Below are positions 13,251-24,985 of a DNA stretch of 64,000 nucleotides, in pieces (position 1 is the first letter of the stretch; each line of letters opens with the position of its first letter). The stretch comes from Lingula anatina (taxonomy: Eukaryota; Animalia; Brachiopoda). A program made the translations under genes and the position numbers. Under the pieces are notes generated by a model that saw only the letters and a list, made by a program, of their open reading frames with translations, was not told the origin of the DNA and did not search any database. The stretch covers positions 69,418,788 through 69,482,787 of the forward strand of contig CM120640.1 in assembly GCA_051362555.1 (NCBI GenBank), read 5' to 3'.

Positions 13251-15629
13251 TTTAGTTTAAGAAGAATTGACCTCGGGGTCAATCCAAAAATACCGGTCCA
13301 ATGGCACGGCTCCATTTCATAAAGCCCGTTCCATGCGCTACGTCACGGCCCGGTTTTTAAAGCCCCCTTGGATGGTGCAGAGACGGTGAGATGTTCGCTT
13401 CGTGCGCGTTTACCCTGGCATTTCTAACTAATGTCTGAGGGGAATTTACAACGATGAATGGGATGTTTTAGCGTAGGGCGTTTAGTGTGAGTGGAGTGAG
13501 TTCGAATACGATTTAACGTCTGTCTCCATTTTATTTCGATCTTTAAGGCGGGTGGTGCGTATTTTTTGTTTCAGAAGCTGCTCTCCACAATGCAACAATG
13601 TTTATAATGGTGGCCAGTGTAGGCTATTTGCCCGCGGTCGATTATCATTTTATTGCCTTAAAAGAGTAGCAGTGCATGAAGATAAACAGTTGAAGAATGC
13701 CCACAAGTAGTTCGTACCACGAAAAATACGCCAATGTATTAATTGCGATTGTATTTTGTCCAAATATCAAAATAAATGGCCCTGCCGCTCAACTATTAAA
13801 AGCACAGGAAGAAAACGTCGTGCCTCAATTTTCACTGAATTTGATAAGAAATACTTAACCAATTTTGATGATTTTTTTAAATTATTATAGGTGAATTTTA
13901 GATTCGACGAACGATTAAGGTTACAGCAGGGCGTGGATAGCATCAAAATGTCCGATAATATGGATAACACAGAAAACGGACCAATAAAAAAGAGTGCATT
14001 TCTATCTGTTTCGTGGTAAGTAAACAGACTGCTGTTGAAAATACATTGAAAATACATCAATTTAAAATAATTGTTTGACATTACATTAACCTATATATGT
14101 TGCATTGATTTGAATTTTCTCTGCATTGCTTAGACCATATTTTCTGTTTCTGACTCTGGACCTTCCTTATTCACATATTTTGACATAGGCTGTCAAGTCT
14201 GATCGAGGAGCCTGTGTCAAAATATGTTAATAAGAAAGATCACATGCAGAATAGCAGGCATAATTATCCATCAGTACAGTTCAATGTATCTTATTTATGT
14301 TAAGATTTAAAAGATATTTGCCAGCAATTTTTCTGGGGTTTGATTCATATAGTAATATTCATAATGATAATATTTTTAAAAACAATTATTTTATCTGGTC
14401 AACTACATAAAAAAATTCAATAATAAAACATAAATAATTAGTTCCATATTATTACCCTCCCCCAATCCATGGACCTAGCTCTAAGGGCAGGGTAAAGAAG
14501 GGGGAGTTGTTAAGCAAACTGGGCCTAATTTTTTTCAAGCAAAGCTTTCAGAATTCTTTGTTACCATATTGTAGAACTGGCACTGTAGCAAACCTACTCT
14601 TATAATTAGAATAATATCATTCTTTGTGCAAAGCTTTGAAAGTTGTAAGTAAACTCATTTGATGTTCACTTGCCTTTGAAAAATAGTTATAAAGTATTTC
14701 TGATGAAAATTGATCTGTGTTACTCCGAATGATGAAAATTTAATTTTTGAAACTCTTTTGTAGGATTGTCACGAACTACCGACAAAGCCCTCCCGTAGGC
14801 CCAATGAAGATGAATCATATCTACCAAATTTACCTGGAAGCTCTTATGGTGTCAAACCTGTTGCTTGAAATAATCTGAAAAACTCAATTATCTGAGTGCT
14901 ATTTTTAATATCCCAAAAGAAATTGTGAAACAGGAGAACAATGTAAAATATCTCAACATCAGGAGTATACCAGACTCTGATCATGAGAAACCAACTTATT
15001 TCCTCCCATTTCCCAAGGGAGTATCTGGTGCTCTAGCTGAAGCAGGTTTTATTATTTCCAGTGCAGATGAATGTGAAGCTGTTGCCACCAAATCCACAGA
15101 GTCCATGTCTGGCAGAAGGAGGATAATGAAACAAATTACAATTGATAGCAGCGGTGCTGAACGTTTGTGCCTGTCACACCAAATTTCTATCTGCATTGAA
15201 AAGAAATCCTAAAATAGAGGATGCCAGGTCATCCATAGTTTGAGATAACAGCTGCTTCTTCTGGTCAGAGGCAGTTGTGGCCCGTTCCTCAGACTGCGCG
15301 TCAATACTGACATCACTACTCCCAGTAGCTTGTCACTGCCATCTTTAATTGGTCTTAGACGTACTTGCTGGTTTGCTATAGAAGTTATAAGCATAGATTT
15401 AAAGCTGTAAAAGTGCTTCAGTTTTTATAATTTTTTTGCCTTCATACATAAACTGTGTTTTGGCTGTATATGCAGTGGTCACTTTTAGGTAAGGTACTAA
15501 TTTACAAGATTACATAAATCTGTTCTCTGGCACACTAAGTTCAGAATGATATTATACAGGCAACCCCAATAACCAAGTAACATTGACATGGGTAGCTTAT
15601 TAAATTAAGAATCTTTACCAGATATGGAA

Positions 15630-16340
15630 TTTAATAATATAATAATAGTAATCTTTATTAGTTCTAGCACAATTTTACAAAGGCTATGACCAAACAATTA
15701 CAAAGGTACCATATTGAGAAAGGTTAATGCTTAGTGTGTATACTGAAACGTAAATTCTGTTATACACCCATTATCAGAGATGACAATTATACTATTTGAT
15801 GCATTCTGTATTTTCATATACATTAATGATCCTAAAATATCGTACATATTTCTCTCATTTAGTAGGTGGTGGCTGGTAGAGAATACCAGATCTTTCTTGG
15901 TTACATATTGTTATGTATCTAGCTAGATTTTGTATTGTGTCATGATTTCTGTTTTGCATTAATGGTTTGAATTGTTCTGTGTGGTTTGTGTTTTGGACTA
16001 ATTATTGGTTTAGATTCTTTCTTTGTTTTTCATATTGGAGACATTGCAACAGGAAGTGTATTTCATTCTCTACTCCTTGTCTGCAAAGTCAACATGTTCT
16101 TTTTTCAGGCGGTAGAGGGGTGGGTTTTTGAAATCTGCCTCTCTGTATTTCTAGATCGTGGGCCCCGGTTCTAAATTTTGGGAGGTTCTGGAGTTCCTGT
16201 TTTGTTAGGGGAGCATTTAAATATTCTTTGGCTTCATAAGATGATTTGTATAGCTTATATGTTCTCAGTAGTCTATTTTCTCTGTCTAGTTCCTTAAAAA
16301 TAGCAATATGTAGCCACAGTGTGTCTGTACATAGAGTCAT
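15630..16340 (-). mobile_element. 5'-truncated non-LTR retrotransposon (LINE) 3' end
   Basis: LLRTYKLYKSSYEAKEYL..KFRTGAHDLEIQRGRF..PPEKRTC..C..VENE.HFLLQC is the typical C-terminal Cys/His region of LINE ORF2 (CR1/L2-group). It ends in AATAAA plus a short (TAT/ATT)n tail at ~15630-15660. Confidence 0.8.
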
Positions 16341-16472
16341 AACCTATCTGTCATTGTCATTGCTGTGCACTTTCCATTTACCGCAACAAACAGACAACCA
16401 TGACATTATCCTCAGACTTACTAGAGTGACTTATAGCATTAACATGTAGGCCAAGTTTGAGTATCAGCAATA

Positions 16473-17888
16473 TCAGACAGGGAAGAGATCAAATTTGTCC
16501 CTCCCAGACTCCCCCCCCCCCAAATCAGATGATGCTGCAATGTAAGGCTGTTCTAGTGAAGTCACAAGGCCACTATCTTCAATTACGACATTCTGGTGGT
16601 GCTTTTCTAGTTCTGACAACAATGCTTCCCTGGCAGCTTTCTCCTGAGCATATCCCCACATTGTGGCAGCTGTTTCAAATGGTTTCTCTCTTGGGTAACA
16701 TATATATCCCTTTCACCAAGGTTTGGGGTTGGTTTAAGGGGTCTGTGTGACATGCTGCTCTCATCTTGGAGGCGGTGATTCTGCCTGCATGACATTTAAA
16801 CCACGTCTTTGTCTGGACTGAAGCCTTGTAGCTTTCTCCTTATTGTCAGCTTGCTCTGGTGTGGCACTGGTGTCTATACCATGGCAGTGCAGTACTCTAT
16901 CAGGTCACTGTAACTTAGTGTAACAGCATTATCATCTCCCAGTTCTGTAAGTGGCTTTGGGAAAGAGTCAGTGGATGATATGGGTACATATCTATAACTG
17001 TGGGCCCCAGCAATTGACAAAATGGCCACTTTATTCTCACAGCTGGCAATTTCTTAAAATGCCTTTAAATCTTCTGTCAGTTGTTGGTTCTGGCACTGGG
17101 TAGTTTTGTAAGAGCGGCAGGTTTAGGGGTGCATTCTTCAGGGCTCATCATCCTTTTTCTGTGTGTTTTTGTTGCTGTGAAATCAACTCTCACCTTGCTA
17201 TACAAAACAGTTGAAGACATTGGCAACAACCAGCGTGCATCTTCTTGAGTTACTGTCTTTGTATTCCTGAGCTTGACTGTACCTAATACAGCGAAATGAA
17301 GGGCTCCAATCTATATACACATCTCTCCTAGTTTGGCCTTGTAATAACATTGGGCTGCAGTGATGTTGCCATCCTTCTCAGCTATTACCCAAGGGGTTAC
17401 TAAGTAAGGATATTTCTCTCAAGTGCTGTGGGTGAAGTACCTGTGAAAATGTAATGTTGCAGGTTTGTAAGACAAATGGGTAACATTGTGTATTATTAAA
17501 AATTTTCAGCTCGCACATGCATGATGGGATGTTTAAGACCACGGTACAATAGAAGTTCCACTGACGAGCTTACCTTGGGTTTTGCAACATGCCGATTTTC
17601 GGTCTCCACTGTACATTATTCCCTCACCCATATGGACACAAACAGATTGTAGGGTGATAAGCTTTTATACCTTTTCAAATTATCTGCCATGTAAAGACCT
17701 TTGCTGAAAACTAGATAGTTCACAATGGCAGGATAGGACACATTTGGCAGCAGTTTTACATCATTTGTCCAAGAGTTGATCTCATATGGGTTATTTCTGT
17801 TAATAAGTTCAAGTTTCTTATCACATCTGTCCCTTTCTGTTTTTCCCAAAAAGTCATGATGAGGTTTCTTTTGTTTTACTTGTCTCAC
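16473..17888 (-). mobile_element. Degenerate SWIM-zinc-finger/YqaJ exonuclease gene of an ISL2EU-type (PIF/Harbinger group) DNA transposon
   Basis: KLELI..NPYEI..W..D..LPNVSYPAIVNYLV..YKSL..YN.FV..WV (17616-17888); PWVIAEKDGNITAAQC..K..LGE.C (SWIM, ~17300-17400); WG..QE..AR....H.NV..EDSGLV....PYIAASSD (YqaJ motif, 16473-16661). Contains frameshifts and stops, and an intron at ~17441-17573. Confidence 0.75.
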
Positions 17889-18443
17889 CTATACTAATGC
17901 CACAACTCTATTGTTCTGTGCTGTGTTTATGTCTGTTGGTCAAGTGTTACGGAGTAATAATGACATCACTGAAAAGGGTCAATGGAAAATCTTATGTAAG
18001 ATGTCATGCTCCGATTGTTACTCTTTGTTTACAAAAGTGGCCTAAATTTGATGCGAGGGATGCTCATCTGTCAAATGGTAATAAATTCTCATTGAGTTGT
18101 TCTTCCTATCTCACTGATAGGCATGCATCCAGTGCTCCCACAAGATGGGATGCCTATTGTAATCTAGGCTCTTTCTTTCTGGTTTCCTTCTTGCTTGATT
18201 GAATATGCCTTGATTTATAATTTATGATTTATAAGGATCACATCCAGGCAAAAAGATAATAATCATAATAATCTTTATTGAGCACTCAAATGTGTACACG
18301 TTACATTTTAAAGGCTCTCTACTCTAGTCATAACAACTTAACAACAATTATACAAATCTATACAAATACTTACTAGTATGGAATGATTACTGGGAAGCAG
18401 CACAGAATAAACGACTATTGCTATTGATGGGTGTGTCGTTTTT

Positions 18444-19195
18444 TCAAACTTTCAAAAAGAGAGTTTTCATCATGATTTCCTTCTCATTCTTGTCTATTCT
18501 GTTTATCAATTGGCCAGAGATTTTTTCTGCTAAGGCGCTGTCTATCTTGTCTGATGTAAAGTTCTTTTTGACGACAAACATGCCACAGGTTTTAAGTTTT
18601 ACTTGACTGTAGCTGTCACTCAAACTTGGACCCAGCGGGCGGTCAGGCTTGTGTTTTACCGTTGGAGGTTCTGAGTCTGACAGTTCTTCCTGCACTTTCC
18701 CATCTGACAATTCATGCAAATCACTGTCCTTTCCACCCACATAGGAATCGGTGTCAGTCTCTTGGGATTGGTAATTCTTAGCCTCATCATTAGCAGCCTT
18801 CATTTCTGTGACGAAACAGAGCCTCTTGTATATACACACCGCATCAGTAGAATGACTACTTTGTTTCTTAATGGTTTGTTCATCAAAACCAGCTTTATGT
18901 AACTTGGTGTAGCATGTTACTTTACCGCTGTGACCACTAATATTTCTCCCTTCTATACTTATGCCAGCCTCTTGAAACATCTTGGGCAGGTACCTTGATA
19001 AAACATTTAAACCAACTGGTTGGGAACTGAACAAAGGAAAAACCATCCTTTCAAGGCAAGGGGTGCCTGTAGAACCTACCTGCTGGTGGAATAAATGGCA
19101 AATATTTCTGAAATACTTTTACTGTGCATCTTTCCTTATCAGGGTCTTCTTAGTGATGGATTTTTCTAGGGGGTGGCATTAGAACCGAGAGAACT
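18444..19195 (-). mobile_element. Crypton-type tyrosine recombinase (DUF3504-like) fragment
   Basis: DPDKERCTVKVFQKYL..IP..GRFYRHPL followed by SQPVGLN.L...LPKMFQEAGI....NISGHSGKVT..T.L..AGFDEQTI...S.H..DAV..YKR matches the catalytic C-terminal H-x-x-R/H/Y region of Crypton/ZMYM-type YR. In-frame stops are present. Confidence 0.8.
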
Positions 19196-20780
19196 GGTGT
19201 ACCATAAAAATCTGACTCCCCTAAAAGGTGACTCCCCAGTAAGATTTTCATTATATAAGTCCATTCGGTTTGCAACATGCCTGTTCAAGTGAAAATTGTT
19301 ACTCACCACGACTAACAGTGGCTTGATTTCCCTCTCACTTTTTTCCTCGAAGTTTGTGCTCTGCCTCCATAGTTTTATTACTCCCGGGGTGAACCATAGG
19401 TTGAGTGCCCCTGTTGCAAATCCTGAGGGTAGGGAGACATTCTTCTGCAGGTGGAGGCTTGTGCTCGATAGTTGGTGCCTCTGCCTAGGTCGCCTCAGAT
19501 TGAAGGAGATCCCCACTTTTCACGAAAGCACCAGAAGAGTTAGAAATTTTATATCTGGCATTGTTGGCCTTGCATGGTAATAGATTTTACAGTGGAGGGC
19601 AGGTTATCTCTGAAGAGAAAATCTGGCTGTCGGAAAAAGTTGGTGGTATCCCGGTGCAATAACAAATTTGAGCTGCTCCCTCCTGTTAACGTTAATGTTT
19701 CTATTGCCCTGGACCAAAAGCCTGAGGCTGTCCCCAATCAACTCTACCATGTCTTTGGAGTCAATGGACTCTATAGGTTTTGAAGTACATGTATAAGGGG
19801 AACCATGCCTCTGAATATATTCAATATGCAATCTTGCTTGTTGGCCATTTTCAGGTCTAATGACCTTTGTGTTGCTGTGAGCCCCATCCAGATTTCGGGG
19901 TTAACACTGGGGGCCATAACACCATCAATATTGGCAGGGCGATCATGTTTGTTTTGTAAGTCCTGCAATTTATCATCAGTTTCACAACTAATAACATCAT
20001 AAATGTTAGCTGACCCTGAGGGATTGGCTTCTTCCATTGGCTGCTCTGCACTGCTTGCATCATCCCTCACAGAAACATCCAGTGTATCATTTCCGGGAGC
20101 AATTCTCCTGGGGACAGGACTATCTGAATTAAGCCCAAGACTGGTTATAAACCGATCAAATCGATGGTCCCTTTCCCACAAAGCATCTTGGAAAGCCAAA
20201 GTCATCTCGGCCATACTGGTGGCAAAATCATACTTCAGGTCATCTCTCAGCAAGGCCAACTCTGGCTGCAGTGCCTGGTGCACTAGTAGTAGCCTTCGTA
20301 GTAGTAACGCAGCAGATTTATTGCTGGCACGAGTACTAGTAGGTGCGGACGCATTTGATCCAGTGGATCTGCTGTCCAGTACATGTTACTTTCTTGCTAC
20401 TACCTGCAGCAGCAATATCCCCGCTGGGGAGAGCCTGACATAGTTGAACGCTAGTATCAGTGGCCAGCTGATCTAATAAAGACCGTTGGTCTTTGGCTGC
20501 CATGATTAAGTTATACAATACCAGCTGAGGTTGCAGACAAAGGCCCGATCACAAAATGTCTAGGAAATCAAATCGCATGAGTAAAAACGTCCCGAAAATC
20601 CTACCTGAAGTTGTACTCCACGTCCACTGTATAGATATATCCAGAAAACTACCTTCGATATGATGATAGTCTGGAGAAAAATCAAACACAATGGAGACAA
20701 ATGAAAACCTGATTCACATGTACAAGGCCACTAAGTTCACTGAGCATGTGCGGCCTTATTCTATCTGTCGTAAGCCATTT
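19196..20780 (-). mobile_element. DIRS-like retrotransposon 5' portion (gag ORF), truncated
   Basis: RPANIDGVMAPSVNPEIW..L...QRSLDLKM...Q and DSLRLL..GN..IN..RREQLK are characteristic of DIRS1-type gag. Frameshifted, with RT/RNase H absent. Confidence 0.7.
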
Positions 20781-20859
20781 GTGAGTGAAGACAAGGCAGA
20801 ATTTGACTAGCTGCTCGATATAATCAACTACAGCTTGACTTTGTTGATCATTTAATCCA

Positions 20860-23800
20860 AATACACTGTGTAAATTGTACACATAAGCATCTGTTATCCA
20901 TGCAGGTTTCTTTTTAATGTGTTTTGACTTTCTACAATTGTCAATTTCAATTTTTTCCTGTGAAGCATCATCACTCTGTAAAATTTGACCCGTTTCAAAT
21001 TCATTTATACCAGAACGTACCTCACCGTGTGTTGAAACATTGTCGTTACCCGCATCTGGTACATCATCACTGTGTAAAATCTGACTCACTTCAGGTTCGT
21101 TTATACCTGAACGTACCTCACCATATGGGGTTGACAACACTAACTTCACATACTGAGAGTCAGAATCTTCGTCAGACTCCTTTGCATGCCTTCTAAGCCC
21201 AGGACCACTCTTTTTCTCTTACTAGAAAGAGATGGCTTCCCACTTGAAAGAGAACAGATTGGCAACATCAAATCTCTATGAAGTTTCTGTATTTCTTTCA
21301 CCCCCTCTTTGTTGGGTTTGCAGGCTTTCACCGTTTACATCTCCAAACTAGAGGATCAGAGAGGCGATACCGCCTCCAAATATTGTACCACCAGCTGGAG
21401 CAAACGCATTCGTATAGACCCCCACATACACAAAATAAGGGACACAGCCGCCAGTTTAGTGCTTGACAAGCTGTAAAAATGCAATCAACAAGAATTTTTA
21501 AACTATTGCAAAAAATATATATGGTACAATCAAATTTAAGTTCTTCGTAAGGTAGGTCAAGGGTCAATTTCAAGGTCACAGTAAATTGCCAGTATATGAC
21601 TTCCTATTCAAGTTCAAGAGTAACTATGGACCTATCTCTGTCAAGTTTGAAGTTAAAAGAGAAAGAAATTAGCAGAGTTCAGTTCATGATAAAAAGTAAG
21701 TCAAAGGTCAATTTCAAGGTCACACTTAGATTGCCAGTATAGGACTTTCTATTCAACTTCAATAGTAACTATGGACCTATCTCAGCCAGTTTTGGAGATA
21801 AAAGGGAAGCAAAATTTGCAAAATTCAGTTCATGGTGAAAAGTAGGTCAAAGGTCAATTTCAAGGTCACATTTAGATTGCCAGTATGACTTCCTATTCAA
21901 GTTCAATAGTAACTATGGACCTATCTCTGCCAGTTTTGGAGATAAAAGGGAAGCAAAATTTGCAAAGTTCAGTTTATGGTGAAAAGTAGGTCAAAGGTCA
22001 ATTTCAAGGTCACATTTAGATTGCCAGTATATGACTTCCTTTTCAAGTTCAATAGTAACTATGGACCTATCTCAGCCAGTTTTGGAGATAAAAGGGAAGA
22101 AAAGTTTGCAAAGTTCAGTTCATGGTGAAAAGTAGGTCAAAGGTCAATTTCAAGGTCACATTTAGATTGCCAGTATATGACTTCCTATTCAAGTTCAATA
22201 GTAACTACGGACCTATCTCAGCCAGTTTTGGAGATAAAAGGGAAGAAAAGTTTGCAAAGTTCAGTTCATGGTGAAATGTAGGTCAAAGGTCAATTTCAAG
22301 GTCACATTTAGATTGCCAGTATATGACTTCCTATTCAAGTTCAATAGTAACTATGGACCTATCTCTGCCAGTTTTGGAGATAAAAGGGAAGCAAAATTTG
22401 CAAAGTTCAGTTTATGGTGAAAAGTAGGTCAAAGGTCAATTTTAAGGTCACATTTAGATTGCCAGTATATGACTTCCTATTCAAGTTCAATAGTAACTAC
22501 GGACCTATCTCTGCCAGTTTTGGAGATAAAAGGAAAGCAAAATTTGCAAAATTCAGTTCATGGTGTAAAGTAGGTCAAAGGTCAATTTAAAGGTCACATT
22601 TAGATTGCCAGTATATGACTTCCTATTCAAGTTCAATAGTAACTATGGACCTATCTCTGCCAGTTTTGGAGATAAAAGGGAAGAAAAATTTGCAAAGTTC
22701 AGTTCATGGTGAAAAGTAGGTCAAAGGTCAATTTCAAGGTCATAGTAAGATTGCCAGTATATGACTTCCTATTCAACTTCAATAGTAACTATGGACCTAT
22801 CTCTGCCAGTTTTGGAGATATAAGGGACTAGATGTTATAATTTTGGAGTTACCATAATGTGCCTTAAATTTCGTACAGAAAAAATTAATTAAAATAAAGA
22901 AAATGTCATTTTGGTCAAAATTCTTGAAATAGGAGGTGCTCTGAAGTTTCAGAAGTTCAAATTTGATGAAATAATGTCATTTTTGAACACAAGTTGCCTG
23001 CTTTGCGAAGCCTTATGCTTTATTTTTCCAGAGTTCAAAATTTATTATCCATTACCGTACTGCACATTTTGCTTTTACCACCAATATGTACTTTTTGATA
23101 CAGCGTAACTCCAAAACCGTATGGAATACAAAAAAACCGAGACCACTTCCAGTGTTGGGCTTTACATGCTCTACAAAATGCAAAAAAGAATGGGTCTCTA
23201 GCATTAACGGTTCCCGAATTAGAGACAGTTTTCAGTTTCGGTATCTTATGGCCGCTACTCCCGTGAAAATGCACCGATTGACCCCAAATTCATGGAGATG
23301 AAAGATGACCTGAAGGGTAACACTTTCCAATAATATTATTGGTTAAGTCTGTGTGGTGTCTGAATAACAGGGCAAAAAAATTTTTTTTCGTAAAAAATTT
23401 CATTTTTTTGAAAATTTTGGCCCATTTGACCTTGAAGTAGAGGTCAAAGGTCAAATCCAAGGGTATATTTGAAATCTACACATATGACCTTTGGAAAGCC
23501 GTCTATAGAAATTTTTCCCATAACTCCTTCTGTAGGGTAGATAATTAGCATTTAATTTTGCCATTTTTAGACAAGGGTGCATTGCAATGAGTGCCACACC
23601 CAGACCCCAATACCGACAAAGACCAAATTTTACGTGGAACGAGTTGAGATTATAGGTGACCTAAATCCATGAGATGGGTACGGGGGCCCTTACCGTCTAG
23701 GAGGAGAAGCGGTAACGGTAGCTGTCCGGCGGAGCCGGCGGAGCCAACGGAGCCGGCGGAGCCGGCGGAACGATCCGGACGGGACCGAAACCATGTGTAC

Positions 23801-23945
23801 CGCCAGCGCTAACGCTGGTGGTACAATAAAATGGGATGAGCCTCCTCTACAATGTTTTTGGTTGTTCAACTTGTTGGCCATCATTCTTGGCTACCGATTG
23901 GCTATCTATTTTCTTTCTTTCCTCCCCACGCTGACTTTCTTTTAT
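20860..23945 (-). mobile_element. Gypsy LTR-retrotransposon pol C-terminal fragment, interrupted by HINE copy 1
   Basis: RKV..GGK..KIANR*..VEQP lies right of the HINE (~23840-23945). It continues left of the HINE as .VK..K.N.EG..IQKLHRDLMLPICSL and RKSKHIKKKPAWITDAYV, the usual post-integrase motifs of Gypsy pol. A ~90-bp internal duplication is at ~20960-21125. Confidence 0.65.
21347..23827 (-). mobile_element. Non-autonomous Helentron (HINE) copy 1, with ~9 x 146-bp internal tandem repeat
   Basis: Minus-strand order: 5' subTIR ATTGTACCACCAGC + adjacent IR (hairpin ccagcg-ttag-cgctgg), (gccggcgga)n micro-repeat, core, tandem array, 3' subTIR (attgtaccaccagc at ~21382), palindrome GAGGCG-atac-CGCCTC and CTAGT end. 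Inserted in a T-rich site. Confidence 0.9.
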
Positions 23946-24229
23946 TCATAGCTGTACTATGCAATTGCTATATGCACTTACCACTTGTATAATAGTGGGC
24001 TCTAAAGCAAATTAAACAGTTGGTGATCAGACACTGGGGGTGAAACTAAAAAAAAAACAAAAAAACAATGAAGACAATCTTTCTCGAACTGACCTTGCTG
24101 CACTACAGATGGATTTCGCTCTGATGACTTTCTCCAGACCCAAAAGTGCCATATTAATAGCTTCTGGCCTACTTTAAAAAGTACTTGTTGTCACAAAAAG
24201 TATATAATGACCGTGAATTCGGTAAAAAT

Positions 24230-24790
24230 CAAAGTAGCATGTGATTCAGTATATCATTGACTAGTAGTGATGTGTACATATTTGCAAGTTGAGCTGTTTT
24301 TGATGTGAAATTTTGTAGTATTTGCTGTGAAGAATGTCATTTTCAAAGTTTACTTGATGGTGCTTTATGATAATTTATTGACAATTTGACATACCACATC
24401 AGAACACAGGCACGTATGACATCACATCTTTCATTGATCTCAGTGTATAAAATCTGTAAAAAACTTGTAAATAAGTATGGAATTAAAGTTGACAATAAAT
24501 ATGATGTTGAATACTAATATTTTGTCTTTATTCTGTGTACACTGTTCTTGGAGATAACTTTTATTATATTTATGCAAGATAAGTAAATTTCTAAAAAAAA
24601 AAAAGTGTAAAAATGTAAGAGTCCATGTTATTGTCACAGCAAAATCCAGTCATCCTTCATATCTGCTAATACAACTGCCTGTATTCCAGTCTGCCATACC
24701 CTGGGTAAGCAAATGTCTTCACTAGCTCAACATTCACCAAGTCTTTACCATTTGGGATAAAATACAATCGGTTCATTCTTACTAGTTTTC
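24230..24790. repeat. Right copy of the ~500-bp direct duplication (partner at ~12712-13250), within the GPN3 3' flank
   Basis: Colinear similarity to 12712-13250, with substitutions and indels. Confidence 0.9.
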
Positions 24791-24985
24791 CATACTTATC
24801 CTACAATAATGTACAACCTGCAATTGCAGACCTTTATTGTTTTTTTTCAGTGTGCACAATATTTATACCAACAACAACATGGTTGTAAATTGCACTTTAG
24901 AAAACTAAGAGAAAATCTTGATAGTCAGCCAGTCTTTACAACTACACATTCTCATGAAAACACATCTTGCCATCTGAAATTATGG

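Noticed and set aside
14925-15394. Short ORFs on both strands within the TE block
   Set aside because: No recognisable motif. Probably degraded TE sequence that cannot be oriented or named.
17897-18202. Possible THAP domain of the ISL2EU transposase
   Set aside because: Could not recover the C2CH signature in any frame.
21540-22830. 146-bp arrays as a CRISPR-like repeat-spacer array
   Set aside because: The whole unit is repeated with no unique spacers, the context is eukaryotic, there are no cas genes, and the arrays sit inside Helentron termini.
22911-23301. Recurrent ORFs MVKILEIGGALK.. / MHFHGSSGHK.. (also at 27711, 46204, 48730)
   Set aside because: Chance ORFs in the non-coding HINE core. 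They recur only because the element recurs and have no Rep/helicase motifs.
12712-24790. Whole block as a single LTR retrotransposon with 500-bp LTRs
   Set aside because: No clean TG..CA boundaries, PBS, PPT or TSD are visible, and the interior is a mixture of unrelated TE classes.
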